From IMG/VR virus record IMGVR_UViG_3300042868_011225, positions 43,007-107,006 of that record: a DNA stretch of 64,000 nt; one strand, given 5' to 3'. How positions within the stretch are numbered: position 1 is the stretch's first letter; every line of letters starts with the position of its first letter. The notes below the pieces were generated by a model, which did no database searches, was not told the DNA's origin, and saw only the letters and a program-made list of their open reading frames with translations. Origin of the DNA: a virus. This document shows, one piece after another, positions 1 to 11,010 of this stretch. Both the position numbers and the translations under genes were made by a program.

Positions 1-1920
1 TTTGATTATTTTGGATGGTGTTCACTCAAAGACATTTATCTTTTGAAAACAAAGGACGGTCAATTGGTTGAAAGACCACAACAATTATATATTCGTGTTG
101 CTCTTATGGTAACTAATAATGCTGAAGATTTTATAGAAAAATATAATGATTTAAGCAATCAAAAAGAATCTCCAGCAACACCAATTAAAATCAATATTGG
201 AACAAAGATTGGTCAAATTGCATCATGTAATTTATCAATTGTTCCAGATGATTCAACTGAAGGGTTATTAGGAATGTTAGGTAGAATATCTATTTCATCT
301 TCTAAAGCTGAAGGAATTGGATTAGCAGTTTCAAATATTCGTTCTAAAGAAACCAATGTTGGTAATTCTGACGGTAAAGCAGGTGGTATATTCAAATATC
401 TTAAAGTAGTAAATGAAGCACTTAGATTCTGGAACCAACGTGGTAAAAGACCTGGTTCATGTGCTATTTATATAGAACCATGGCATAAAGATATCTTTGA
501 TGTGTTGGATATGAGAAAGAAAACTGGTGATGATACACTTAGGGCTAGAGATTTATTTTCAGCACTTTGGATTCCAGATAATTTCATGAGAGCAGTAGAA
601 GCAAATTCTGATTGGTATTTATTTTGTCCCCATGACATCAAAGTAGCTGGTTTAAAACCATTTTACGAAATTTACGGAGCTGAATATGAAGAAGAGTATA
701 ATAAAGCTGTAGAGATGGGTATTGGTACCAAAATCAAAGCACATGATTTGTGGTTGAAAATACTTGAAGCACAAATTGAAAGCGGAATGCCTTATATGTG
801 TTTTAAAGATTCAGCAAACATCAAATCGAACCAAAAGAATATGGGTGTTATTCACTCTAGTAACTTATGTAGTGAGATTATGGAAGTAACAGATGCCAAC
901 ACAACAGCTATTTGTACACTTACTAGTATTCCAGTACAAAAATTTGTTGTTGATGGGGAGTATGATTATAGCGAATTAGGTCGTGTTGCTCGTTCAGTAA
1001 CAAAATCACTTAATATCGCTATTGATGTAAACGAATATTCTACCGAAGAAGGTCGTAAGGGTGGTTTAGAGCAAAGAGCTCTAGGAATTGGTATCCAAGG
1101 TTTAGCTGACGTATTTGCGTTGCTTAAATTGCCTTTTACAAGTCCATTAGCTAGAACGATTAATAAAACAATCTTCGAAACGATTTATTTCAATGCGTTG
1201 AGACAATCATGCGACTTGGCAAAAGAAACTGCTTTAACTTATGATGGTTACGAAGGTTCACCGATATCGCAAGGTATTTTCCAATGGGAAATGTGGGGTT
1301 TAACTGAAGCTGATTTATCTGGAATGTATGATTGGAAAACATTAAGAGAAGACATTTTAATTTATGGGGTTAGAAACTCTTTGGTTACAACATGCCCACC
1401 AACAGCAAGTTCTGCACGTGTAATTGGGTCAAATGAAGCTTTCGAACCATTCACATCTAACTTATATGTTCGTAGAGTAACTGGTGGTGAGTTTGCAATG
1501 GTGAATAAACACTTGGTTAGAGAATTAGAAGAAGAAGGAATTTGGAATAGAGAAACACTACAAGAATTGATGAAAAATGATGGTAGTGTTCAAAACATAC
1601 CAACAATTAATGAAGATATTAAAGAGAGATATAAAACAGTTTGGGAAATATCACAAAAATCTCTTATTGAAATGTCAGCTGAGAGAGGGCCATTTGTAGA
1701 CCAGTCACAAAGTCTTAACATTTTCTTTTCTACACCAACAGTTGGGAAGTTAACTACTTCACATACACTAGCATGGAAATTAGGGCTTAAAACAGGTCAA
1801 TATTATTTGAGAAGTGAATCAGTCGATAACAAAGCGAAACACTTAGCAATCGATATGGATAAGAATAAACCAGAAAAACCGCAAGACAGTCAATTTGAAT
1901 GCTTCGGTTGTTCATCATAA
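1..1920 (+). CDS. nrdA: Ribonucleotide reductase class Ia alpha subunit (5'-truncated; frame is open from base 1)
   Basis: SNLCSE catalytic motif, PPTAS, QYYLR tyrosine pair, C-terminal CxxC (CFGCSS), NQRGKRPG specificity loop. Confidence 0.97.
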   Translation, partial: FDYFGWCSLKDIYLLKTKDGQLVERPQQLYIRVALMVTNNAEDFIEKYNDLSNQKESPATPIKINIGTKIGQIASCNLSIVPDDSTEGLLGMLGRISISSSKAEGIGLAVSNIRSKETNVGNSDGKAGGIFKYLKVVNEALRFWNQRGKRPGSCAIYIEPWHKDIFDVLDMRKKTGDDTLRARDLFSALWIPDNFMRAVEANSDWYLFCPHDIKVAGLKPFYEIYGAEYEEEYNKAVEMGIGTKIKAHDLWLKILEAQIESGMPYMCFKDSANIKSNQKNMGVIHSSNLCSEIMEVTDANTTAICTLTSIPVQKFVVDGEYDYSELGRVARSVTKSLNIAIDVNEYSTEEGRKGGLEQRALGIGIQGLADVFALLKLPFTSPLARTINKTIFETIYFNALRQSCDLAKETALTYDGYEGSPISQGIFQWEMWGLTEADLSGMYDWKTLREDILIYGVRNSLVTTCPPTASSARVIGSNEAFEPFTSNLYVRRVTGGEFAMVNKHLVRELEEEGIWNRETLQELMKNDGSVQNIPTINEDIKERYKTVWEISQKSLIEMSAERGPFVDQSQSLNIFFSTPTVGKLTTSHTLAWKLGLKTGQYYLRSESVDNKAKHLAIDMDKNKPEKPQDSQFECFGCSS

Positions 1921-1927
1921 CAAAATC

Positions 1928-1955
1928 AAAGGGACCTAAATGGTCCCTTTTTTTA
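1928..1955 (+). terminator. Intrinsic terminator
   Basis: aaagggacc-taaat-ggtcccttt hairpin followed by a T tract, right after the nrdA stop. Confidence 0.9.
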
Positions 1956-2014
1956 TTTGCCATATTTACTTATAAAAATAATTTATTATCATATTTATCT
2001 AAAAAAGAATAAGT

Positions 2015-2392
2015 ATGAAATATATTAATATAAATTACCCATTTAAAGACAGTCCTAAAGGGTTTTTTTTAGATTTAAATTCTGATGATGCATCAGCTAT
2101 TAAAGCTGACCTTATGCATTTAGTTTTAACTAGAAAAGGACAAAGACTTTACAACCCAGATTTCGGAACAGATTTATTAAAATTTATCTTCGAACCCAAC
2201 GATGGTTTAACACTTGCAGATATTAAATCAGAAATAACTACAGTAATAAAAAGATATTTACCTAAACTAAGTGTTGATGGAATAACAGTAGTTGAATCCC
2301 CTGAAAGTGAATATGCTGCAGTAGTTACAATAAAATATACAATAACAGATGATGTCTTTACTACACAAGACTTAGTAATAATAAATATATAA
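2015..2392 (+). CDS. Baseplate protein, gp25/GPW-like
   Basis: LTRKGQRLYNPDFGTDL..FIFEP motif typical of the gp25 family; precedes the wedge gene. Confidence 0.9.
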   Translation: MKYININYPFKDSPKGFFLDLNSDDASAIKADLMHLVLTRKGQRLYNPDFGTDLLKFIFEPNDGLTLADIKSEITTVIKRYLPKLSVDGITVVESPESEYAAVVTIKYTITDDVFTTQDLVIINI

Positions 2393-4212
2393 TGGCAAAT
2401 ACAGGAATACAATATACCTCTAGAAACTTCGCTGAAATACGTAGCGATTTGGTGAATATGGTTAAACAATACTATCCAGATGTTTTTGGAGATTTTAATG
2501 ATGCATCGGTAGGTATGATGCTTTTAGAGCTTAATGCGGCTGTTGGTGATATGTTATCAACCAATACTGATAGAATGTTTCAAGAAACACAAATTGATTA
2601 CGCTAAAGAAAGAAAATCAATTCTTTCCATGGCTAGAACATTTGGGTTAAAAATACCAGGCAAGAGACCTAGTGTAACGATTGTAGATTTTTCAGTAACC
2701 GTTCCAGTGTTAGGTGATTCATTTGATATCTCATACGCTCCAATTATTAGAACAGGTTCCCAAGTTAATGGAGCTGGTAAAATTTTTGAAGTTAATAATG
2801 ATATTGATTTTAGTAATCCGTTTAATATAAGCGGAATACCTAATAGACTTATAATACCAAATGTTGATTCAAACGGTAATTTATCTAATTATACTTTAAC
2901 AAAAAGAGAAATTGTATCTAATGGTTCTTCTAAAGTTTTTAAAAGAGTTTTAACTAGTGCCGATGTTAGGCCATTTTTAGAGATTGTTTTACCAGAAGAT
3001 AACGTAATTTCAATTGAGTCAATCATTACATTACCAGGAACTAACTTTACAAAGTTGCCAACACTTGATGATTTTTTAAACTTAGATAATAGATGGTTTG
3101 AAATGGATGCTTTAGCTGAAGATAAAGTTTTTATAGAAGATAATTCTAGAATTACCGATAGTACTAGTGTAAGACCAGGAAAGTATATTTCAACAAATAA
3201 AAAATTTATTAGAGAATATACAGATTTAGGTTTTACCAAGATTATTTTAGGTGGTGGTAATCAAGATACTAGTAGTCTTTGTGATTTTGATACAAATATT
3301 GCTTTGGTTAATCAAATTGGTGATTTTATCAATAATATGTCTTTAGGTGTTACACCAACAGCTAATACTACTATGTTTATCAAATATAGAGTGGGTGGTG
3401 GTTCAGAAAGCAACGTTGGGCCAAACGTATTAACTAGTGTAGGGTTAATAAACATGAATGTTAACGGCTCTAAACCATTGATAAATGCAGCTGTTAAAGC
3501 TTCTCTTACAGTTAATAACGCATTTCCAGCTTTAGGTGGTAAAAATGAACCTAGTGTTGAAGAAATTAGAAATCTTGTAAGATATAATTTTGCTTCACAA
3601 AATAGAGCTGTAACCATTAAAGATTATCAAACTAGAATAGCTCAGATGCCTGGTAACTTTGGTGTACCATTCAGATGTGGTGTTTTTGAACAACAAAATA
3701 AAATTAAAGTTTACATTCTTAGCCTAGATGCTCAATCTAAATTAACAAACAATTCAACTAGTGTTCTTAGAGAGAACATAGCAAATTATTTAGCTGATTT
3801 TAGAATGATTAATGATTACGTTGAAATCACCAATGGTAGAATAATTAATTTAGGTTTTCAAGTTGATTTAATGGTTGATAAAAAACAACCACAAGGTCAA
3901 ATCATTAGTCAGGTAATTTCAGACATACAATCGTATATGGATATAAACAAATATCAAATGGGTGATAATATTTATCTATCATCATTGATAGAAACTATTA
4001 ATAATGTTGCTGGTGTATTAAACGTAATTGATTTGAGAGTTTATAATAAAGTGGGACAAGGTAAATATAGTCTTAATGAAATTTCCCAACCATATTCTGA
4101 CGTTAATACTAGACAAGTAGATATTATAACGGATTATACCCTTTTTGGTGAACCGATTAGTATGTTTGAGATTAAAGACCCAACTACCGATATCATAGTT
4201 AGAGTAAAATAA
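2392..4212 (+). CDS. Baseplate wedge protein (T4 gp6/baseplate J-like)
   Basis: YTSRNFAEIRSDL N-terminus, GG.NEPSVEEIR and QNRAVTIKDY motifs. Confidence 0.9.
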   Translation: MANTGIQYTSRNFAEIRSDLVNMVKQYYPDVFGDFNDASVGMMLLELNAAVGDMLSTNTDRMFQETQIDYAKERKSILSMARTFGLKIPGKRPSVTIVDFSVTVPVLGDSFDISYAPIIRTGSQVNGAGKIFEVNNDIDFSNPFNISGIPNRLIIPNVDSNGNLSNYTLTKREIVSNGSSKVFKRVLTSADVRPFLEIVLPEDNVISIESIITLPGTNFTKLPTLDDFLNLDNRWFEMDALAEDKVFIEDNSRITDSTSVRPGKYISTNKKFIREYTDLGFTKIILGGGNQDTSSLCDFDTNIALVNQIGDFINNMSLGVTPTANTTMFIKYRVGGGSESNVGPNVLTSVGLINMNVNGSKPLINAAVKASLTVNNAFPALGGKNEPSVEEIRNLVRYNFASQNRAVTIKDYQTRIAQMPGNFGVPFRCGVFEQQNKIKVYILSLDAQSKLTNNSTSVLRENIANYLADFRMINDYVEITNGRIINLGFQVDLMVDKKQPQGQIISQVISDIQSYMDINKYQMGDNIYLSSLIETINNVAGVLNVIDLRVYNKVGQGKYSLNEISQPYSDVNTRQVDIITDYTLFGEPISMFEIKDPTTDIIVRVK

Positions 4213-4275
4213 TCTTTCCTTATTCATTATTTAGGTTATATTAATCCAAATAATAAAAATTAAAAAAATAAAAGT

Positions 4276-4665
4276 ATGAGTTGCGGATGTAAAGCAAAAA
4301 AAGGTGAAGGAACACCAACTAACTTGTTAGATAATAATGAAAATAAACCTAAAGTATCTATAACAACTAATATTATTCATTATTCAATGAAAATGATAGG
4401 TTTTTTAGTTGCTATGGTTTTATTACCTATTATAATGGTGGCAATTGCTTACTATATGTTTAATTTAATAGTAATGACCAAGGAAATAGATATCAAACCA
4501 TTATTTATTTCATTATCTAAATTTATGAAAAAAGTAGCTAAAGATAATGCTGACGATGATGATGACGATGATGACGATGATGATGATGCAGAATGGGAAG
4601 ATATTGACCCAGATGAATTTGAATTAATAGGTGTAGATGATATAACAAATAAAGAGAATAAATAA
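4276..4665 (+). CDS. Small membrane protein with N-terminal CGC motif and poly-Asp tail
   Basis: MSCGCK start, one hydrophobic helix, 12 consecutive Asp (4552-4587). Confidence 0.75.
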   Translation: MSCGCKAKKGEGTPTNLLDNNENKPKVSITTNIIHYSMKMIGFLVAMVLLPIIMVAIAYYMFNLIVMTKEIDIKPLFISLSKFMKKVAKDNADDDDDDDDDDDDAEWEDIDPDEFELIGVDDITNKENK

Positions 4666-7600
4666 TGTCAAAAGCGATAAGAATAAGAACAACACCAAAT
4701 GGTGGTGATAACTATATTAAGGTTAAACTAGAACAAGATTTTGATTTTCTAGAGATATTATCATTGAATATAAATCAAGAAGATGTTTATAAACGATTTT
4801 CTTCTGATTATGGTGTCATCGTTGGTAGAGTAATTATCAACGGTGGTTTTGGTGTTCCAAATGCAAAAGTAAGTGTTTTTATACCGTTGGATAACATTGA
4901 TAAAAATGATGTCTTAAAAAGAGGTTTATATCCTTATGAAAAAATCAATGATAAAAATAGTGATGGTATCAGATATAATCTATTAACTCAAGATTCTCAA
5001 TCACAAAATGAATGTTTTACATCAATTGGTACCTTCCCAACAAAAAGAGAAGTTTTAGATAATGATGTTATGTTAGAAGTGTATTGTAAATATTATAAAT
5101 TTACAACGACTACTAATCAGGCTGGTGATTTTATGATTTTTGGCGTACCACTAGGTAATCACAATGTTCACTTGGATGCAGATATTTCAGATATTGGTAT
5201 TGCATCACAAAGACCTTATGATATGATTTCTAAAGGTGCTAGTATCTCTAGATTTGATTCAACTACTAAATTTTCTACTGGAACCAATTTAGATAAATTA
5301 ATGCAAGTAAAAAGCTTGGATGCAGGTGTAAACGTACAACCATTTTGGGGTGATAAAGAAAGTTATGAAATAGGTATTACTCGTTTAGATTTAGATTTAA
5401 ATTATGACATAACACCAGCGGCTATCTTTATGGGTAGTATATTTGGTGATAAAGATAAACATAGTGTTAACAAAAGATGTAGACCTAGAAAAAAATTGGG
5501 TCTTTTAGACGAACAAATGACCAATGAAGGTACTATTCGTATGATTAGAAAAACCCTCGATAATAAAATTGAAGAATTTAATGTTGATGGGTCAGAACTT
5601 ATTGATGATAAAGGTGCATGGGCATACCAAGTTCCAATGAATTTAGATTATATGGTTACCGATGAAGAGGGTAATCTTATTTTATCTGACGACCCTGATA
5701 AAGGGATTCCAACAAGAGCTAGAGTAAGATTTAACATTGGTATGACTAATGATGGTGGTTTAGGTAGGCTTAGAACAAGGGCTAGGTATTTAGTACCTAA
5801 TAACCCTAAAGTTCTATCTGAGATTGACTATGAGTTTGGTGCTAAAACAAAAAACACTAGTTTTAGAGATTTACATTGGAATAAAATATATACTGTTAGT
5901 AATTATATTAGTAGGTTCCAAAGAAATAACGTATTTACTGGTGCTTTAACTAGAGCAGCAACAGGTATTAAAGATGTTGAAAACACTGGCAAAGTGGCTT
6001 TTCCTTATAATAGAGTAAATACTGAAAATAACCCTATATTTTTTATTATTTGTTTAATTATGTGGATTCTTATCCTTGTAATTTTCTTTATGAATTATAT
6101 TGTTTTTCCTATTATTAATTTCTTTTTAGGTATTGTTAAAGATTTTTTCAAAACTCTTTGCCGTATTAAGATATGGAAGTGGAGACCATTCCGTTTTGCT
6201 TGTCGTATTGCCGATAGTATTAATTTTGTTGCGTGTATTGCAGTATCATGTCCATTTGATGATGGTTATAGTTATTCACCTGGTTGTTATAGTAGTAGTA
6301 GAGGATTTGGTGCTTTATGTGACGAAAGTGGTTGTCCTACTTACTATCCTGGTGATAGTTTCGGTCATGGTACTCCAGATTGTGGGTTAAGTGATTGTAT
6401 CGCTTTTGAAATGGCTAGAACACTAAACTTATTCCAATTTGATTTTTATAATGATTGGGTTAATGGTAGTTTATTTAGTTATTTATTAAAATATAAAAGA
6501 AGAAAAAATAAATCAGAAAAATTCTGTGAATCAAATTGTGAAGATATTGCAGGTGGTGGTGTTGATGGAAATAATAATGGTACTGCTGATAATAAGTGTT
6601 ATAGTAGTTTATTGATGGACACCTGTTTCAGAAGTGGTAAAGATTCACAAAAAAATACTAGAGGTATTGGTATTAATGAAGGGGTTATCAAAAAAGTTGG
6701 TACTGAATTTTATTACGCTGCAACAAATAGAAGTACTGACCTTAGACTATTTTCAACTGAAATAGTTAATTTAGGTTCAGTATTTGAATGTGATTGGCAA
6801 GGTATACCTAAAATACAAAAATTATTAATACCTACAACATTTAAAGTACCACCAGATACTCAAGAATTAACCGATGATAAAACACAGGTAGAAACTACTG
6901 GTATGGTTGATATTGGTGGTAATACGTGTGGTAATTTTTTCGATATTAATTGTTTAGGTCTTCATGTTGACCCTAGACAATGTGTCAATGTTAGACATAT
7001 TTGTGAAATGGGTGTTGATATTGACGAAGCAACGTTTTCCCCAACTGATAATAATACTTTAACTAATCAAGCTGATTGCATTATTGGTAAGTTAGATATT
7101 GATGATAATTTTGGTAAATGGACTAGAGATGTTTTCTATGGTTTAAACCAAACAGCCACACCATGGATTGGATTAACTAGTTTAACTATACCACCAGCAG
7201 GATTTTCAACTGACTTTAATCTACAGAATGCAGGTGACTACAATCAAACTGCTGTTGGACCTAATGGTGCTGATTATGTTAGTTTTAGAAATATAAGTAT
7301 TAACAATGCACCTGCTAGTGATAATACTTTTGGTCAATCAGACCACTCATATTATTTTTATTTTGGATTAGAACCAGGTAGTACTGGTTTGGATAAAATG
7401 AATAAAAAATTCTTTGCTGCTTGTATTAAACCAGAAAGAAATAGTATTGTAATTGAATCAAATTCTATCCCAGATATATTAAGTGGTGGTTCTGGTTGCA
7501 TTAATTTTTCATTTATTGGTGGTACTGGACCATTCAATTACACAATCACTGGACTAAATGACCCACAAGGTAATCCGTTAAATATAACACCACAAACAGG

Positions 7601-9170
7601 TTCTGTACCAAATAGTAACACTACTACGCCAAACATATGTGGTTTTTATCCTGGAACTTATTTAATTTCGGCAACAGACGCATTAGGTACACCAATTACA
7701 GATACTATTTCAGTCAATGGGGCAACACCTTTATACTGTTATAGTTTTGTTTCTAAATTGTTAAGTATTGATACCGCAACAGATGGTGAGATAACGATAG
7801 GAAATGCTGGTGGTGGAGTCGCACCATTACGTTACACACTTAAAACTTCACAAGGTGTTACTGTTCCTGGTGTTGGTGGACCTGCTCTAGCAACGACAAA
7901 TTTGGTTTTAGGTGGGTTAGCTAGTGATTTGATTGGTTATACATTGAGAATTTACGATTCAGCAGTACCACCTGCTGAATGTATAACAACTGGTTTAACA
8001 ATAACAGGTCCTAGTGTTATAAATATTAGATACACTGGAACAAATATACATTGTGCTGGTGAAGATACTGGTGCCATTAAGTTAGAAATTAATGGTGGTG
8101 TTCCACCATATACAACAAATATTGTTGGTCCAGATGGTTATCAAAATACTAGTTTAAATTTAGCTGGTTTAGCACCAGGGTCATATACGGTAACAGTTGT
8201 TGATTCTGTTGGTTCTGCGGCAACACAAACATATTCACTAATAGAAGAAAATCCACTATTAACAATACTTAGAGCAAATGCTACTGACACCTCAAAACAA
8301 TGTGACCCATTATTCCATAATATACCTTTTGATATTACTACTGGAGGTCCTCCTGGATTTCAAGCAAATGTTCAATATAGTCTAGATGCTGGTGATACAT
8401 GGGTAGATATTCAATTATCACCAACATCTGGTGTTAGATATGTACTATCAATAGGTCAGGGATTAGTTACTACAGACGGAGTTTTAATTAGATTTTGGGT
8501 TGATAATTTCCCTCGTCCAGGTATAGACCCTTGTTATTCTGAGGAATTAGTGTATGAACTTGATGAAATAAGACTACCACCTATGATTCCTGCTGGTAAA
8601 GCATATATTATGGATGGTTTACTTACTCAATACACACCAGCACTAGAAGCTATTTATAACAACAAAAGACAATGTAATGCTAACACTGGTACTTATACGT
8701 TTAGTTTAGCTCATTTAGATATGGGCTTTACTAGCAGAGCACCTTATACTATTGATTATAAAGTAGATTCTACTGTTGCAACTACACAAACACTAACTCA
8801 TTACAATGGATTAGTAACACTTACAGGTAGTAAAGGACCTGGTGATAATAACGTTGATTTTTACGTTAGAATAACTGATAACAAAGGTTGTACGTTCCCA
8901 GCTAACGCAACAAATGCCGCAAATACATGGTATAATGCTAGGGTTGCTTTACCTGCAGCTACATTGGCCTTAACCTCAATACAAACAACAGGACCTAGTA
9001 GTGGTAATTATACACATATATTTACAGTTACTGGTGGTATAGCTCCCCTAACACTTGGTGCCAGTACTCCAATAAGTTCTGGTGTGCCACGTACAATTGT
9101 TAACAATAGTTTGGTTTATGTTAATACGGTTACCGATGCTAATGGTTGTGTAATTCAAATTATAGGATAA
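4665..9170 (+). CDS. Large tail/baseplate-associated protein with internal hydrophobic segment and C-terminal SprB-like repeats
   Basis: 1501 aa in the structural operon; GG.PPY...L.GL.PG.YTVTV.D..G repeats; hydrophobic stretch near 6030-6130; Cys-rich middle. Confidence 0.7.
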   Translation: MSKAIRIRTTPNGGDNYIKVKLEQDFDFLEILSLNINQEDVYKRFSSDYGVIVGRVIINGGFGVPNAKVSVFIPLDNIDKNDVLKRGLYPYEKINDKNSDGIRYNLLTQDSQSQNECFTSIGTFPTKREVLDNDVMLEVYCKYYKFTTTTNQAGDFMIFGVPLGNHNVHLDADISDIGIASQRPYDMISKGASISRFDSTTKFSTGTNLDKLMQVKSLDAGVNVQPFWGDKESYEIGITRLDLDLNYDITPAAIFMGSIFGDKDKHSVNKRCRPRKKLGLLDEQMTNEGTIRMIRKTLDNKIEEFNVDGSELIDDKGAWAYQVPMNLDYMVTDEEGNLILSDDPDKGIPTRARVRFNIGMTNDGGLGRLRTRARYLVPNNPKVLSEIDYEFGAKTKNTSFRDLHWNKIYTVSNYISRFQRNNVFTGALTRAATGIKDVENTGKVAFPYNRVNTENNPIFFIICLIMWILILVIFFMNYIVFPIINFFLGIVKDFFKTLCRIKIWKWRPFRFACRIADSINFVACIAVSCPFDDGYSYSPGCYSSSRGFGALCDESGCPTYYPGDSFGHGTPDCGLSDCIAFEMARTLNLFQFDFYNDWVNGSLFSYLLKYKRRKNKSEKFCESNCEDIAGGGVDGNNNGTADNKCYSSLLMDTCFRSGKDSQKNTRGIGINEGVIKKVGTEFYYAATNRSTDLRLFSTEIVNLGSVFECDWQGIPKIQKLLIPTTFKVPPDTQELTDDKTQVETTGMVDIGGNTCGNFFDINCLGLHVDPRQCVNVRHICEMGVDIDEATFSPTDNNTLTNQADCIIGKLDIDDNFGKWTRDVFYGLNQTATPWIGLTSLTIPPAGFSTDFNLQNAGDYNQTAVGPNGADYVSFRNISINNAPASDNTFGQSDHSYYFYFGLEPGSTGLDKMNKKFFAACIKPERNSIVIESNSIPDILSGGSGCINFSFIGGTGPFNYTITGLNDPQGNPLNITPQTGSVPNSNTTTPNICGFYPGTYLISATDALGTPITDTISVNGATPLYCYSFVSKLLSIDTATDGEITIGNAGGGVAPLRYTLKTSQGVTVPGVGGPALATTNLVLGGLASDLIGYTLRIYDSAVPPAECITTGLTITGPSVINIRYTGTNIHCAGEDTGAIKLEINGGVPPYTTNIVGPDGYQNTSLNLAGLAPGSYTVTVVDSVGSAATQTYSLIEENPLLTILRANATDTSKQCDPLFHNIPFDITTGGPPGFQANVQYSLDAGDTWVDIQLSPTSGVRYVLSIGQGLVTTDGVLIRFWVDNFPRPGIDPCYSEELVYELDEIRLPPMIPAGKAYIMDGLLTQYTPALEAIYNNKRQCNANTGTYTFSLAHLDMGFTSRAPYTIDYKVDSTVATTQTLTHYNGLVTLTGSKGPGDNNVDFYVRITDNKGCTFPANATNAANTWYNARVALPAATLALTSIQTTGPSSGNYTHIFTVTGGIAPLTLGASTPISSGVPRTIVNNSLVYVNTVTDANGCVIQIIG

Positions 9171-9171
9171 A

Positions 9172-11010
9172 ATGGATATAGAAAGATTAAAACAAAGACT
9201 CAACGCATTTACATCTAAAAAAGATGTAAATGATGACACGTATTTAAAAATCAACATTAATAACAAAGAAAGGTTATTACCACCTGACGAAAAAAATAAA
9301 ACTGTCAACGCTGGTGATAGATTTGATGTTGAAAGAAATCGCAGTAGTTATTATAGAATTGTTGGGTCGATAAACCCAACAGTTTCAAATGCGTTATTTA
9401 ATTTAAACGATTCATCTAATTTTAACGCATTTACATGGTCTACATTTAACGATTTGGCATTTTTGGACACATCATATCCAAAAGATAACGATGTTGCTGA
9501 TAAAACGGATTACACGTATCAATTATCATTAAAAAATAATTTGGTTGATATTAATGGATGGTTTGGTCATTTTAATCCAGACAAAACACGTTCTGGTTTT
9601 TGTGATTTTTTTGATATGGAACCAAAAAGACAACGTTTTTCGTTTATTCCAGATACGGCTCCTTTTCAAGCAACACCTGCACAACTTAGTGATGCAACAA
9701 CACAAATAAAAAATTGGGAATTAACAATAACTTATCCAGCATCTGCAGACACAACCCATTACATGGTTTACAGTCCAACAACTGGAAATGGGTTATTGAT
9801 AGTTGATAAAGTTGCAAGTACTATTGCAACTAGACCCATGACTGGTTTTGGTGTTCCATGCAAACATAACCTTAAAATAGGTGATATTGTTAAAATTACT
9901 GGTAGTACTGGTTTTGATGGGGAACACGTTGTTATTAGAACAGGATTAGATAATGGTGATTTAAAAGATAATTATTTTGTTTTAGATTTACCAAATACAG
10001 GTGTTATTGATTTTGATACTAGAATGGTTAAAGTAATAAATGGTATTGATTCTAAGTATTATTTTAGAAGATTTAAAAAAATAAAAACCAAACAAGCACC
10101 AGTCATTGAAACAGATGATTATGAAACATATGCGTTAGGTTTTAGTGAAAATATATACTACGATAAAATTACACAATTTTCTTTTAATGAAGATATTGAT
10201 GTTAGTGGGTTGGTTGACAATTTAGGAAGACCATTAAGTGAGATATTTTTAACTATTATTAAAACAGATAGCAACGGTTTATTTACCAGAGTATCATCAG
10301 GGATAGAAACTCCGTTTGTAGAAAATTTTAACAATAATGGAAGTGGTTTTAATTATTTAAGAGCTTTACCAGTTATCAATAAAATACACAACGGTCAACC
10401 ATCAACACTTGGTACACCATTACCCTTTGTTTCTTACACGCCTTTAGAATCTAATGTTTTAATTACTAATAATTTATTTTATGGTGATTTGGTTGAATTT
10501 AATTCAAATACTTTGTTAGAGGTTGTTTTGGCTGATGTTCACCACAGATTTAATACCGTAAATAGAGAAACACCAGCTACTTTACAAGCAGTAAATATGC
10601 TTCAAGTTTCTGTACCACCATCAATTACTGAAAATGTAACATTAGGGCCAAGACAAGAAGGTTATTATTATAAATCACACCACCCTTTTAAAATTAGAGA
10701 TTTTTCTAGTTATATTGAAACGGGTGATGCTGGAACCGTTGATATGCCAAGTTATGCGATTGATTTAGGTGATGGGAGATTTGTTTGGAGAGATTTGTTA
10801 GATTTAGGTTTTTCTGAATCTAGCATTAAACCTTTGGATTATCCATTTCTTAATGGTACACATTATTTATACGATAATTTTTGTTTTTATTTAAAAAGAC
10901 AAGACCCATTCAATACGTGGGATTTATTTCATACAGATTTTCCAGCAGACCCAATAGGTGAAAAAATAACTGATAACTTTACAATTAATTCAGAAGAAGA
11001 TGTTTGTTAA
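9172..11010 (+). CDS. Putative virion structural protein
   Basis: 612 aa ORF tightly coupled within the tail operon. Confidence 0.6.
   Translation: MDIERLKQRLNAFTSKKDVNDDTYLKININNKERLLPPDEKNKTVNAGDRFDVERNRSSYYRIVGSINPTVSNALFNLNDSSNFNAFTWSTFNDLAFLDTSYPKDNDVADKTDYTYQLSLKNNLVDINGWFGHFNPDKTRSGFCDFFDMEPKRQRFSFIPDTAPFQATPAQLSDATTQIKNWELTITYPASADTTHYMVYSPTTGNGLLIVDKVASTIATRPMTGFGVPCKHNLKIGDIVKITGSTGFDGEHVVIRTGLDNGDLKDNYFVLDLPNTGVIDFDTRMVKVINGIDSKYYFRRFKKIKTKQAPVIETDDYETYALGFSENIYYDKITQFSFNEDIDVSGLVDNLGRPLSEIFLTIIKTDSNGLFTRVSSGIETPFVENFNNNGSGFNYLRALPVINKIHNGQPSTLGTPLPFVSYTPLESNVLITNNLFYGDLVEFNSNTLLEVVLADVHHRFNTVNRETPATLQAVNMLQVSVPPSITENVTLGPRQEGYYYKSHHPFKIRDFSSYIETGDAGTVDMPSYAIDLGDGRFVWRDLLDLGFSESSIKPLDYPFLNGTHYLYDNFCFYLKRQDPFNTWDLFHTDFPADPIGEKITDNFTINSEEDVC

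Noticed and set aside
1-1920. Intron or intein in nrdA
   Set aside because: The visible part is colinear with ordinary NrdA, with no insertion.
4552-4587. GAY trinucleotide run as a contingency or phase-variable repeat
   Set aside because: Mixed GAC/GAT codons encode an in-frame poly-Asp tract, which is a protein-level feature.
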